A stretch of 64,000 nt of DNA from a virus. The notes under the pieces were generated by a model that was not told the DNA's origin, ran no database searches, and saw nothing but the letters and a program-made list of their open reading frames with translations. The stretch is from IMG/VR virus record IMGVR_UViG_3300045988_095445, one strand, 5' to 3'. Positions 39,078 to 50,741 of this stretch are shown piece by piece. Every line of letters begins with the position of its first letter. Within the stretch, counting starts at the first letter, position 1. The position numbers and the translations under genes were made by a program.

Positions 39078-40415
39078 TTATATTACTGTGCTAGAACTTC
39101 CACAATTAAAAATAATTGTAGCGGTCTGAGTTAGATCATCAATCTTTCCACTTTTAGCAACAGATGCTAAGTCTGCATCATTAGCTTTTTTAGTAAGAGC
39201 CGCAGGTAACCCGTTGATATTCTCCATGGTAGGTTGAGCACGAGTTACGCTAATGATACCATCAGTCTCAGACACCGCAGTTACAAATTGATTTTCTACG
39301 GCTGAATCTTCTTTATCTAAAGTGTTAACTTTAGAATCTGCATAGCTTTTGGCCTCTTGCTTAGCGGAATCAATTTTTCCCTGAGTTATCTCTGCTGTAT
39401 CATACGCTGAAAGATCTACCATTCCAGCTAAAACATCCCATTTAAATTCTTCTTCTCCCACATCTATACAAACAATATTAGTACCAGCAGGATAACTCTT
39501 CCCGGAACCTTCTACGAAATCGTCTGTAGTAGTGAATTTATCAAGAATGTTATAAACCTTTCCTTCTTCTGTTGCAGTTAGTTCTGGTAGAGAAGCGAAT
39601 GCAATAGATCCTCCGGCTTTATAAGTAGAGGAAATTCTAGCAGCAATTTGCTAATCAGTATAGGTTTTAGCTTCATCATAAGCACCTTTAATAGTAGTGG
39701 AAGAACCACTTCCTTCACCAATTAACTCTGTTTTTGCTGCCCCAATTTTAGAATCTACTTCTGTGGTTTTTGCATATTCATTGATTTTTAGAGCTGCAAT
39801 TTTTTCATCGGTGGCATTAGCAGCTTCCTTGATAGCTTCGCTTTTTGCTGTATCTGCACTACCAGCTGCGTCATAAGCACCAGATTCAGTATAAGCTGCT
39901 GATCCAAGTCCATGAACTTTTACTTCTTTTTCAGAACCAGTAACTCCAAATTTTACAGTACCATTAGTAGTCCCTTCGACTAAATTATAAGTGGGAGCGG
40001 TCAGAGCAATAGTGCTTACATCTGTCCAAGATCCGCCAGTTTTTGGTCTAGATTGAAGCTTAAAGCCCATATCTCCATTTTTAACAATCTAATATTGTGT
40101 ATCGGTATCTTGAATTTTTTCTCCAATAAAATCTTCAAGTCCGGTAATTTCAGTCGCTGCATAAGTTGGTTTACTTGCCGCTTTAGCCCAAGTATAAACA
40201 TCTGCGGCCGTCCCGCTTACCCATTTTAAAGTTTTAAAATCTGATTCACCGTTACCGATTTTTAACAAATAGGTAGGCTCATTTTGAGCAACTCCAGTTT
40301 CAACAGGAACTTCAACAACCGCCATTTCTCCTTTTAGAAGAACGGGGTTATTGGTATCCCAATTTTTATAAGTATCATATTTTAATTGGATTCTTGTATT
40401 AAAAGTTGTAGCCAT
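39078..40415 (-). CDS. Tail fibre / receptor-binding protein (445 codons) read through in-frame TAGs at 40089-40091 and 39651-39653.
   Basis: Track ORFs 40089..40415, 39651..40070 and 39078..39461 share one frame with TAG-only separators. The segment linking the last two translates as QIAARISSTYKAGGSIAFASLPELTATEEGKVYNILDKFTTTDDFVEGSGKSYPAGTNIVCID, paralogous to the neighbouring gene. GGAGG RBS; TAA stop. Confidence 0.6.
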
Positions 40416-40440
40416 TATTTATCTTCCTCCAAGTTGATTT

Positions 40441-41613
40441 TTATTCACTAACAGTAGCATCTCCACCATTTAAGATAAGCTCTGTACCAGGAGTCTAAGT
40501 AATTTTTTTTATATTTATGTTATTGACAATCATAGTTCCATCGCCTGTAATAGAAACGCCGTTTTCACTAGTGGTGCTTTTTACTACACCAAGAGCCTCT
40601 GCTGTAGCAATAGGAATAGTAACTGCGCCATCGCTAACCTAAAGAGGAGTAGTTCCTACGGTTATACTCTTAATCTTCTCTGCTAAAGCCGCGGGAAGGC
40701 CAGTAATTTTCTCCTATGCAATCGCTTTTACGCCAAGAGTTTTATTATCAGGATCAATTTCTAATTCATCACTAACTCCTTTGATTTCTGCTAAACCCTA
40801 TAATTTAGCAATTAGAGTATCTTGAACTAAAGATGATCCTTCTACTTTGTCGACTTTATTAGCTAACTTAGTATCTACACTACTTGTAGTTTCGTATCCA
40901 CTTAAATCTACAAATCCCGCGAGAACATCCCATTTGTAAGTTCCAGCATTATCAGTGTCAATACATACTACATTAGTTCCAGCTGGATATTTATTATCGG
41001 CTCCTTCAACGAAGTCTTCAGTAGTGGTGAAAGCATCTATAATATTATATACTTTTCCCTCTTGATCAGCTCCAAGTGTAGGAAGGAAACTAAACATAAT
41101 GGAACCAGCAGGTTTATAAGTTGAACTTATTGCAGTAGCAATTTTTTGGTCAATCTTAGAATCTGCTTCTGTTTTATTATAATAATCATTAAATTTTCCA
41201 TTAATAGAACTATCAGCTGCTTCATAAGCTGCTTTAACTTCCTCAATGGCTGCCCAAAGATTAGAAGCTGTTATTGAACTTTCTTCTTCTTTGGTACCAA
41301 CAGAGGTTTCTAATGCGGAAACTTTTCCTTGAAGCTCTAAAACATCTTCCGTTAAATCACCAGAAGCAGTAGTTGAAGCCAATTTCATTAAATTGCCAGC
41401 AGCATTTTGAATCATATACGCTTCAACTGTATTTTCTTCTTCATTAACTAAGGTAACTACCTAACCAACATATGCTACAGGACTAGATTGAGCATATGTT
41501 GTTAATTCTTCCATATCATACCATACTGAATATTCATCAATAGGGAAAGGATTTCCTCTACGAATACTCAGAGGTAACGCCATATATGCAATATCTTTGT
41601 TAATTACTGCCAT
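40441..41613 (-). CDS. Tail-fibre-like structural protein read through at least 5 in-frame TAGs (41461, 40798, 40714, 40639, 40495).
   Basis: One frame from the ATG at 41611-41613 (GGAGGA RBS) to the TAA at 40441-40443. The central part is track ORF 40798..41415. Confidence 0.5.
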
Positions 41614-41630
41614 TATTTGTTCCTCCTTCC

Positions 41631-42693
41631 TTACTTTCCAATTACAACCTTATGATCCTCAGTTGGATCAATGGAAGCAGGTTGATAAACGAATACATCA
41701 TAAGGAACCGCGGTAAATCCATTTGCTCCTTCTACTTGCACTGGTTCTTGCTTTACATAGCTAGAAGTTACATCTGCGTTCAAACTAGAAGTAATATTAG
41801 CTGCGGTAACTTTAAGCCCAGAAGATTGAGGAACTGCGATAATAATTCTCTTAGTATCACTTTTTGCTTTAATGCTATTAATAGTCATTGCGGCTGCCGC
41901 TTTATTGCTTGCTGTTAAAGAACGAATAATCGCGCTAGTTAAAGGATCTGTAGAATTATTAACTCCATAAAAAATCTAGCGATATCCAGTAATAGCTCCT
42001 GTGCTATTAGACTTAGATCCAGCTTTAATTTGTCCTTCTGCATATTCAGAACCAAGATTTGTAACAGGAATAGCTCCATTCCCATAATTAGCTGTTGCTG
42101 TAATCTTTAAATTAGTAGCATCTTCAACTTGAATTTCAGAGAAAGTTCCAGTAGCTTCTGTTTTTGTTTCTTCATCAAATTGAACGCTCCAACCGGTTGC
42201 TGTAATTCCAGTGTCGGGGCCATATTGATAAGATCCTTTATTTAAAGTTGCAGTATAAGTTGGAGTTACATTAGTGCCCGCTTCATATGCTTTCATTTGG
42301 CTGGAGGAAATACTAACAGAAGGTTGTGTGATAGTAGGATTTTTTTCTTCCGCAAAAGCATCTAGCAGTAATTGATCTAATGTTTTTCCAGTCGCGGGAA
42401 TATTAACAGATCCATCTCCTCCAGGAGTATATTTACCAAAAGTATAGGTAAATGTAAAATCATCATCAAATTTTACAATAGATGAATCAACTTCTACAAT
42501 ATCTTTTCCACCAGAATATTCTAACTAACCCCAAGTGCTTGTTCCATCACCATATTTTACTTTTCCTTTATTCTCGCCATCAGTGGTAAGACAAGCCTCT
42601 CCAACGAGAGGAATAAAGGAGTCCTTAACTGAAGTCCAATTTTCCTCAGTATCATGTCTAAGTTGGATTCTAGTTTTTAATTCATTGGCCATC
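41631..42693 (-). CDS. Tail-fibre-like protein with the conserved N-terminal domain, read through at least 2 in-frame TAGs (one at 41976-41978).
   Basis: MANELKTRIQLRHDTEENW... start; track ORFs 41976..42296 and 41631..41888 are in one frame and joined by a cleanly translating segment. Confidence 0.5.
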
Positions 42694-42719
42694 TTTAAAA
42701 TGCCTCCTTATTTTAGTTT

Positions 42720-43548
42720 ACCGCTGTCCCACAGTTTAATATTAAAGTGAAACCTTCAACATCCACTATTTTATCAAGTCCTACAGAATTAATTTCTCCG
42801 GTTCCATCTGAAAGTATTTTTATCTAGTTATTCTAACTACTCCCTTTAATTAAACCAAGATTTTCTTCTGTTCCCGCCGGAATAGTAACTTTATTATCTT
42901 CAACCGGCAAATCTTTGTTTCCGATAGAGATAGTTTCTATTACTTTATCCTAAGATATTGGAGTATACCACTCTAATGTGCCATCTTCTCTTTTTCTAAT
43001 AGATTGCCCTGTTGATGCTTCTGCAAATCCTTTTAATGAAATCTGTCCAATTCCATCAATAACAATAGATTGATTGTCTACATCAACATTTACCAAACTA
43101 CTATTTATATATTTTAACTATTTCCACTCGGTGGCTCCATCTCCAATTTTTAACTTTCCAGTATCTATTTCAAATCCCGGCTCACCTTGACGAAGAATTG
43201 GATTTAATTCGGTCCACTTCTCTGATGTTCCTCGCTTGAACTAAAATATTGTTTTATAAACAACTTCAGTCAAAGTCACTCCCTCCTTTAGCCAATTAGT
43301 CCGCCATCATAAATAATAGTTGTATCTTCTGGAGGAAGAGGCTAATCTCCGCCTCCACCAGAGGGCTACAACACCCATTCATGATCAGAATTGAGAATAT
43401 ATTTATTTCCATTTTCAATTACATATGCCGAACTGCCTGGCTTTCGGTTTGTAGGGAGATTAGCAACATCACTTTGGTAATCACATAAAAAATGAATCGC
43501 GCCATATATAATTTTATTGGCTGTATTTTTACCAACAGTAATCATACT
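42720..43548 (-). CDS. Structural protein, heavily TAG-interrupted.
   Basis: ATG at 43546-43548 preceded by an AAGGAG RBS; MITVGKNTANKIIYGAIHFLCDYQSD...; no track ORF over 60 aa despite a coding-like sequence. Confidence 0.35.
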
Positions 43549-43647
43549 TATTCTCCTTTCTTAAAGAAGTAGAGAAAATTATCTCTCTTTATACTATATA
43601 ACAATATTGACAAGAGATTTCACATAAATTGTCCAAACCCCATTTTT

Positions 43648-43699
43648 GAAAGAAAAATTTGGTGAGCCTGCGCGAACGGAAACTCAGAGCAGAACGAGG
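43648..43699. promoter_or_regulatory. Conserved about 52 nt GC-rich element, copy 2.
   Basis: GAAAGAAAAATTTGGTGAGCCTGCGCGAACGGAAACTCAGAGCAGAACGAGG; followed at 43706-43742 by a 13 bp terminator hairpin (gaggggctagc...gctagcccctc). Confidence 0.5.
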
Positions 43700-43822
43700 A
43701 CAACAGAAAAGAGGGGCTAGCTTATGGCTAGCCCCTCTAGGGTAATCAAGGTTTTGCAGAACCTCAATCATACATATTGCATTTATAAATGAAATATATA
43801 TAAACACCGCTGCAACGATGGA

Positions 43823-43898
43823 TGGTTGCGGGTATGAGAATCGAACTCATTCCTCAAGCCTTATGAGGGCTGCGACTTAACCACTTGTCCTACCCGCA
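43823..43898 (-). tRNA. tRNA-Met/Ile2 (anticodon CAU).
   Basis: Acceptor TGCGGGT/ACCCGCA, A73, CCA; anticodon loop CTCATAA; T-arm ATGAG-TTCGATT-CTCAT. Confidence 0.65.
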
Positions 43899-43937
43899 AT
43901 ATATAAAGCAGTTTTAAGACTTGCTTAGGTCTTTATA

Positions 43938-45059
43938 TTAAAGGTCAATATACTTATTGACTCCATAAATTGAAACCTTAGTAAAGGTTGCATTTTCAAC
44001 CCTTACTTTTTCGTTAAATTCCTTTCTAGCCTTTGCACTCTCTTCCTCAGTGGGATAATCATAATCGAAAGCATCAAAATCACAATAGAAATTAGCATCT
44101 ACGCCCATAAGTACGAGAGTACCATCCATAGATTTAATCTTTCCTGGATCAAAAGAAAGGTAGAAATCATTCTTATCTTTTTTAAACCGAAGACACTGAA
44201 CCTCTTTGGCATAAAGATCGAGATTATAATTATATGCAGTCATAACCCAACCATTAGTCAAACGAACATTAACATCAAAGAGAACACCTCTCTCATAGTT
44301 AATATTCAAATCCATTAAGGTTTCCTCCAAAGGATAACCCTGTTTCAAATCAAAAGCAATAGCCCTTAGGGCATCATAAGTGATGTCTGCGACCTGCGAT
44401 AACTTAACAACCTTTTCAATTTCCTCTTCCTTGCCGCTTCCAAGCGCATCCATCATATATGCCCGTACTTCATCTGCGGTAGGACAGCCAATCTCAAAAT
44501 GATAGTGAAAACGACCAGGGCGATTGATAAGAAATTCGTTCAATTTTCTTGTATCGTTACAAGTGATAACAAAAAGTTTCTTTCCATTATCAATCCCATC
44601 AAATAGACTTAAAAGTCCTACCTGCGGATCGCCGTCATCATTCCTGGCAAAAGTCTTTTCAAACTCGTCAAAGATAATAACAACTTCTTGTTCAATGGAA
44701 CTGAGGAAATTACTAATTCCGGGAATAGGAGAATCAACTACAATCACTGGCATTTCTCGCTTGATTGCGGCATCCGCGATCATTCTTGCAAAAAGAGATT
44801 TGCCAATACCTTTCTTACCAGAAAGAATTATACCAAAGTTTCGCTCGGACTTATCGAAAGAGTTGAAAACTTTCTCTACCTTATGACCATGCGAGCCATA
44901 AACTTTTTCTTCGCCAATCTGCAAATTATTATGAACAGAAAGCCAAATTCCCATTTGGGGATGGAAACCGATTGTATAAGTTCCGATTGGTAACTCTTTA
45001 TAAGTTTTTACATCGTCACCATATACCTAAAAACGATTTCCTGTATGGATAATATTCAT
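43938..45059 (-). CDS. AAA+ ATPase with one in-frame TAG (45027-45029).
   Basis: GKKGIGKS Walker A, IIFDEFEK Walker B, NRPGRF sensor; the ATG at 45057-45059 is in frame with track ORF 43938..44954 across the TAG. Confidence 0.55.
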
Positions 45060-45088
45060 CTATTTACTTCCTTTCCTATTATTAGATG

Positions 45089-45176
45089 TGGTGGGCCAGG
45101 AGGGAATCGCACCCACTCGAGCTCGAAAGCACCGGTTTTACAGACCGGGGTGTCTACTTTAGCACTTTACTGACCC
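45089..45176 (-). tRNA. tRNA-Tyr (GUA), class II.
   Basis: Anticodon stem CCGGT/ACCGG, loop CTGTAAA; 88 nt; CCA. Confidence 0.65.
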
Positions 45177-45194
45177 ATATATAAAAGAATTGTT

Positions 45195-45281
45195 TGGTCC
45201 CGGAGACGGGACTCGAACCCGTACGAGATTGCTCTCAGGGGATTTTAAGTCCCCTGTGTCTGCCAATTCCACCACTCCGGG
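45195..45281 (-). tRNA. tRNA-Leu (UAA), class II.
   Basis: The anticodon loop reads TTTTAAG on the plus strand (codon TTA); 87 nt; T-arm ACGGG-TTCGAGT-CCCGT. Confidence 0.65.
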
Positions 45282-45366
45282 ATATTGCACATTTTTATGC
45301 TGAGTTGTGCTTCTCACCTTTCTCTTCTTCTTCCCCGGCGGATGAAAGTATCTCCGGTGTATTCGG

Positions 45367-45483
45367 CGGGGAGTGCAGGACTCGAACCTGCGACATCGTG
45401 CACCCAAAGCAAGTTAAAGATTGCTGTTACGGTCTTTAACAAGACCAAACTATAACGCGCTCTACCAACTGAGCTAACTCCCC
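45367..45483 (-). tRNA. tRNA-like gene (Lys/Ala-like acceptor, D- and T-arms) with an insertion of about 45 nt in the anticodon region. Possibly an intron or a disrupted gene.
   Basis: Perfect acceptor GGGGAGT/ACTCCCC, D-arm GCTC-AGTTGGTA-GAGC and T-arm GCAGG-TTCGAGT-CCTGC. The 117 nt total includes an 8 bp perfect hairpin (GTTAAAGA...TCTTTAAC). No encoded CCA. Confidence 0.4.
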
Positions 45484-45729
45484 ATATAAACGATTTTGGA
45501 TAAGGTTAATCGAGAACCTCGTCAGTGTGCTACTACGCCAAAGGCGAGCCCTGCAGGTTTACTCGCCACTCTTTAAATGGTGGACGCTTTCAATCCTACA
45601 TCCTGACAATAGAAGTCTTATTTACGATTTCTGTGCGTATTGCTTCTATTACTGGCACCGCTTCTTCGTGTTGAACGAAAACTTCTTGGTTCAGAGCCAA
45701 GCGTGCAGACCGCTACACTAAAGCGGTAT

Positions 45730-45803
45730 ATGGCAGCGGATAGAGGGGTCGAACCTCTAACAAGGGAGTCAAAGTCCCGCGTGTTACCATTACACCAATC
45801 CGC
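45730..45803 (-). tRNA. tRNA-Gln (UUG).
   Basis: Acceptor AGCGGAT/ATCCGCT, G73, CCA; anticodon loop CTTTGAC. Confidence 0.6.
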
Positions 45804-45885
45804 TATAAATCAAGACGCATTAAAGAAAAGACTGTTTATCAGACAGTTGCGTAAACCATTCCGCCAAAATCGCTAAGCGCGATCC

Positions 45886-45925
45886 ACAGGATTCGAACCT
45901 GCATCTTCTATTAAGAAGAATTTGC
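45886..45925 (-). pseudogene. Truncated tRNA remnant (hairpin + T-arm + 3' acceptor strand only).
   Basis: GCAGG-TTCGAAT-CCTGT T-arm and 3' acceptor strand GGATCGC, but no 5' acceptor strand or D-arm. Preceded by the conserved TTTGCTGTATGCGTCTT motif. Confidence 0.3.
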
Positions 45926-46164
45926 TGTATGCGTCTTTATTTTACTTATATTTTAATTACACTCGCTGCTATATCGCAGTTGAACAAATCGTCATAAATC
46001 TTCTCTAAAGAAGCATCTTCATCAATGGTATATCCATTCAAAAGAGAATGTTTCTTTAGAGCTTCTTTTTCTGATTCAGCAGTAATCTTCTCTAACTTAA
46101 TTTCATTTTCAAAGAAACTAAGAACTCCAACAACAAAATTCATAATTTTCTTCTAGACTTTAAG

Positions 46165-46240
46165 TGGTACCCGGTGACGGGCTCGAACCGCCGACCTCCG
46201 CGGTGTAAACGCGATGCTCTCCCAGCTGAGCTAACCGGGC
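46165..46240 (-). tRNA. tRNA-Val (UAC).
   Basis: D-arm GCTC-AGCTGGGA-GAGC; anticodon loop TTTACAC; CCA. Confidence 0.65.
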
Positions 46241-46706
46241 ATTTAACTCAGAAAGATATTTTTAAATTCGTTCTCAAGCATAAAGAAAACTTCGCTCGCG
46301 CAACCACCTTTGCCGACTTGAACATAAGCAATCATAACATCTCCAGAGTCAGCATCGAAACCACGACAAATAGTCTTAACAAGACCATAAGGATTAGCTC
46401 GATAAAAGCAACCCATAGCAACAAAGTTATTCTTCATATTTAAGACTTCCTTTCTCAACTTTCTATAAATATTATATCATTTATTTTTAATATTTTCAAA
46501 AGTTTCTAAAGACTAGACTCAAAAGGGCTTGCCCCATATGCTCAACATTTTCTTGGCTTCCCTTCAAAAAGAAAATGCTTCTTAGCTTTCTAAATAAGAT
46601 TTATTTAGTAAAATCTTTTTATACAAGTATATTTGCATATATTTGCTGTATTGAGTCTATATATATAGGAAAGGAGTGATACATATCCTCGCTCCCTAAG
46701 AGCGAG

Positions 46707-46783
46707 TGGTCCGAGTGGTGAGACTCAAACTCACGGCCTCGTGATCCCAAATCACGCGTTCTAATCAACTGAACTACACCCGG
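46707..46783 (-). tRNA. tRNA-Pro (UGG).
   Basis: Anticodon stem CGTGA/TCACG, loop TTTGGGA. Confidence 0.65.
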
Positions 46784-47059
46784 ATATTAACTTAGGGTTT
46801 TTCGCACTTCCGCAGATTTCCATGCCTGGTCCTTATCGTTTCCTCTAGTGCTATACGAGGCACCGACCCTAAACCCTTCTGCTCTATGCCGGTTGTGTAC
46901 TGATACCGGAAAACATCTTGGGGACTTTATTTTTTTACCTTCGTTGCTCCAATCCTCGAAGGGTATCTCGAAGTATAGCTCTTCTATTTTACTGGCTCGG
47001 ATTTAAGGCCCTACGATTTATTCTTACTGCCTTTCAGACTTGTATGTAAGATACCAATA

Positions 47060-47147
47060 TGGCGCAGAGAGTAGGATTTGAACCCACGGATCTTTCGACC
47101 TCCTGCTTTCTAGGCAGGCGCCATAAACCAGACTCGGCCATCTCTGC
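47060..47147 (-). tRNA. Class II tRNA with anticodon AGA (Ser, unusual A34).
   Basis: Anticodon stem GCAGG/CCTGC, loop CTAGAAA; 88 nt; acceptor GCAGAGA/TCTCTGC. Confidence 0.5.
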
Positions 47148-47151
47148 ATAT

Positions 47152-47227
47152 GGTACGCCAGAGAAGATTTGAACTCCCACAAGCTAGGGTCCGTAGCCCT
47201 GTGCACTCTCCGTTATGCTACTGGCGC
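47152..47227 (-). tRNA. tRNA-Arg (ACG).
   Basis: Anticodon loop CTACGGA. Confidence 0.65.
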
Positions 47228-47301
47228 ATATACTAGACCCATCATCTTTTTCTCCAGTTCAAACAACAGGTAAAGAGTTCTTTGCAGTACGGGTCTAAAT
47301 T

Positions 47302-47754
47302 TTAATTACGAGTACGTAACCAATAATTTTTCATCTTGTAATTTGAATCATCCGTCACTTCAATAGCATCATCAATAGGAAACTGATAGTCGCGGGCCTG
47401 CTCCTCTGATTCAAATTCAATTTCTGCATAGATAAAAGCTCCATCATCTACTACAGAAACCGTGAGCGGATACCCGCCGCAATTAAAAACGGAATAATTT
47501 TTCTTAATTGGAGATTTACCGACAAAATCTTTTAGCTGATTATAAAAATCTTCCGAAATTTCTGCTTCAATTTCTTCTCTTGTTAAAGACCCTTCACCTT
47601 TTACGGTAATTCTAAAAGGCTCTTTACTTGCCGGGTTATGTCGTAATCGCACTTCTGGATTCGTCGAAACATAAAATTGTTCTACCTGAGAATTTTTTAC
47701 TAATCGAAATTCGGTAGGAACTCTTTGAAGAATCCACTTTCTTTCAATTTCCAT
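47302..47754 (-). CDS. CYTH-domain triphosphatase/cyclase-like protein.
   Basis: MEIERKWILQRVP start (the EIERKW... CYTH N-terminus); 150 aa. Confidence 0.45.
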   Translation of the reverse strand: MEIERKWILQRVPTEFRLVKNSQVEQFYVSTNPEVRLRHNPASKEPFRITVKGEGSLTREEIEAEISEDFYNQLKDFVGKSPIKKNYSVFNCGGYPLTVSVVDDGAFIYAEIEFESEEQARDYQFPIDDAIEVTDDSNYKMKNYWLRTRN

Positions 47755-48037
47755 ACGAATCCTCCATCAAATAATCTTCATCTTCGTAAAGAGTGTCTTT
47801 TATAATAACACACTCATACTTATTATCTCTCTCCGCAGAAGCATCAAGAATGATTAAAGGCTCTCCTCCTACAGTAGTTTTGGAAAAAACTCTCGCAGCG
47901 ATGTTCATCGCTTCCCAAGGAGAATTTGCTACTAAAAGAACATTCCGCTTAAATACTTTACTTTTTATTGTCTTTAATTTAACTGAGACATTAAAAAAGT
48001 ATTCCATAATAAATCCTTTCCTATTTTTATTATTAAC

Positions 48038-48353
48038 TGGTGGAGCCGGCGGGAGTCGAACCCGCGTCCGAAACACCTATATAATTAAAGTCTTTTCACA
48101 CGATAGTTAAACTTTATCCACTAAGTAGGATAGGCTTTAACAAACCACACTCCGTTAAGCGTACTGGTTTACCTCCACCACTTTGTTTAAAAGAGTAAAC
48201 AAAGAAACTCAAGGGTTAAGCGGCGAGCTTAGCTCAAGCCGCAAGATAATTCTCGAAATAATCGTTGTCAGTTAATTTTTGTTGCCCCTTAAGGCGGTGT
48301 GCATACCCGTGAACTTTAATCCTTCAATGCCCCGTCGAAACCTTTACGGCCCC
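48038..48353 (-). ncRNA. ssrA: tmRNA (ssrA), phage-encoded.
   Basis: 5' end GGGGCCGTAAAGGTTTCGACGGGGCATTGAAGG and 3' end GGACGCGGGTTCGACTCCCGCCGGCTCCACCA match the tmRNA tRNA-like domain. The internal tag reading frame ends ...AACGATTATTTCGAGAATTATCTTGCGGCTTGA (NDYFENYLAA, then TGA stop). Confidence 0.75.
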
Positions 48354-48424
48354 ATGTGACCCCTCTTGTTAATTATATAAGCAAAAGGGGTATATAACAC
48401 TTCAAGAAATTTTGTCCTGCGGAC

Positions 48425-48499
48425 TGGTGGGCCACCGAGGACTCGAACCTCGTCCCGTAGGGCTTCAACCTACTGCTCTGCCCGTTAAGCTAATGGCCC
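48425..48499 (-). tRNA. tRNA-Phe (GAA).
   Basis: Anticodon loop TTGAAGC. Confidence 0.65.
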
Positions 48500-48580
48500 A
48501 TAGGCTCTCTATGTGAGGCGATGCTCAACTCACAACCAAGACGCGCGCTCTTGTGTTTTCCACTTTTAAACTAATAGAGA

Positions 48581-48657
48581 TGGTACCCCGTATTGGACTT
48601 GAACCAATGACCTACCGCTTAGAAGGCGGTTGCTCTTTCCAGCTGAGCTAACGGGGC
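48581..48657 (-). tRNA. tRNA-Arg (UCU).
   Basis: Anticodon stem ACCGC/GCGGT, loop CTTCTAA. Confidence 0.65.
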
Positions 48658-49188
48658 AAATAAGGAGCATTAAGCTACTCCAGCTTTTCTTGCTACTCTT
48701 GCAAGAATTTTATAGTCTGTGCTATCTTCTGCAACCAATTTACATGGCTTTCCAATTAGAGCAAATAAACCAAGCAGACTACGAGCATCAACCATAATCA
48801 TACCGTCATTAGAATGAACCCAAAGTACATCTGGAGTTTTACTCGCTACGGCATTTAGACGCTCAATATCACTTGTGCTTTTGATATTAATATCCATTAC
48901 CATTTTATCGACCTCCTTTTATATTCTCCATGTACGAAACTCTTTGAACTGCTCTTCCAGATCTTGTTGATAGTTATAAACTTCGAGAACCCGTTGCATA
49001 TTTAAACTATTGGTTCTATCAATAAGACTAATCGCTTCATTTCTATCAACTGCATAAATAGGGTAATCTTCAAAGGAAAATTCATCAACTGCAATAATGC
49101 AGTATTGATTGATACCATTATCACCATGGATTACCATATCGCGAACTTCTGCATAACTTGCTATAGACATGGTACTCTCTCCTTTTAT

Positions 49189-49263
49189 TGGCAGGGCGAG
49201 TAGGATTCGAACCTACAGTCATGGTTTTGGAGACCATTGGTTTAGCCATTAACCGATCGCCCT
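49189..49263 (-). tRNA. tRNA-Trp (CCA).
   Basis: Anticodon loop CTCCAAA. Confidence 0.65.
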
Positions 49264-49502
49264 ATGTAAGCTGAGCGTCCCCAGCCCTAATCGAGTTACT
49301 TTGGAGCTGCTTCCACTGACGGGCGAACTCGATAAACAAAAGCCTTTTGTTCTACACTCTAGTCAAAGCAGCATGACACCCTAGTGTAGCATGGCCTCTG
49401 TGGTCTTTGTCCCACAAAGAATTTTTCGAACCGAACTCTTTGCACATGATAGAATTTTGCGTTAGGTATTCACCCTGCCATCTATCAAGGCTGACATTCG
49501 GT

Positions 49503-49579
49503 TGGTGCTCCGAGGCAGATTTGAACTGCCGACCTCGCGATTATCAGTCGCGTATTCTAACCAACTGAACTACCGAAGC
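49503..49579 (-). tRNA. tRNA-Ile (GAU).
   Basis: Anticodon loop CTGATAA. Confidence 0.65.
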
Positions 49580-49805
49580 ATATAATAGGTTCGTTTCGGC
49601 GTCACACGCATTGAGGAGAACCATTTCCCCAGTCTGAGGCCTTAGGGCATACCTCGACAACAGCCCAGCGTTATGTCCGCCAACAGAAAGTTTTTTGACA
49701 CCCAGTTTATCACTTTCAACTTTTCCGCCGAAGAATGGCGTGGCTTTCCTTTATACACCTCCGAGGAGGAGCTTCCCGCAGTCTATTCGCCCCGGCTACG
49801 AGGGG

Positions 49806-49881
49806 TGGAGCAAGATACCGGATTCGAACCGGCCCTTTCTGCTTGGAAGGCAGACGTGCTAGCCGCTAACACTAATCCTGC
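49806..49881 (-). tRNA. tRNA-Gly (UCC).
   Basis: Anticodon loop CTTCCAA; T-arm ACCGG-TTCGAAT-CCGGT. Confidence 0.65.
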
Positions 49882-50150
49882 ATATGGTAGTTTCCCTGTT
49901 TTTTAGAGGTACTACCTAACCCAAGTCGACTTTGTCGTTTGTTCACAGATAACCCGCTCAAACAAAACAAACCAAAATGCGGAGATGAACGAAATTGTTT
50001 TCTTCTTCTTGAATCAGAGAATCGTCATCAAGTTGTCCCTAAGTCATGCAGTCTTCGTAACGCCAGACTACCAGAAACGCTACTCGGTTTAACCTTGACT
50101 GAAAATTCTCGTGCACAGAATAACAGTTGTGTCTCACTCAAGAGTAGAAA

Positions 50151-50227
50151 TGGTGCGTGTGGCGAGATTCGAACTCGCGACTCCCTGCTTAAAAGGCAGG
50201 TGCTCTAGCCTACTGAGCTACACACGC
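50151..50227 (-). tRNA. tRNA-Lys (UUU).
   Basis: Anticodon loop CTTTTAA. Confidence 0.65.
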
Positions 50228-50741
50228 GACTGTAAACTTTTAAAGTTCACTTAGGATATTATCGAGAATCTTTTCAAAATCTTCATCCTCAACATAGAAC
50301 ATCTCATTCATAGTTTTACGATCAGTAAGAGAATGATCTGCATTATATCTACAAACTAGCACTTCAAGAAATTGCCAAAAGCGCAGATTTGGATTAGTCT
50401 TTCGCCAAATAACCTCAATCTTATTAGCAATACTAGAAATGCGATTTGCGTCTCTCACACTTAATCCTCCTCTAGCCACATATCTTCACTAAACAATTCT
50501 CGATATTTGTCATCATCGACAATTAACTGTCTACATCTGCGGGCTTCAGGCTTTGCGTCGTATCTATCAAGGAATTTAGCATCATCAGTCAAGAACCCTT
50601 GCACTAAATCTTCTTTATCCCATTCATACCCCATCTGATATGCTTCTTCGAGGCAATCTGCATGGCGCTTCCCGCAAATAATTACAGGGTACTTACTAAA
50701 GTGAGGAATAAATTTAATTGCAGAAGCAATAATCATAACTC

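Noticed and set aside
45490-45720. Attempted to fold a plus-strand tRNA (acceptor CTGTGCG ... T-arm CTTGG-TTCAGAG-CCAAG).
   Set aside because: The D-arm and anticodon arm could not be formed convincingly. It is left as an unassigned structured region.
47231-47297. tagaccc...gggtcta 7 bp inverted repeat with internal GTTCAAAC, considered as a tRNA-like element.
   Set aside because: It has no acceptor, D or anticodon structure. It is more likely a terminator or secondary structure downstream of the CYTH gene.
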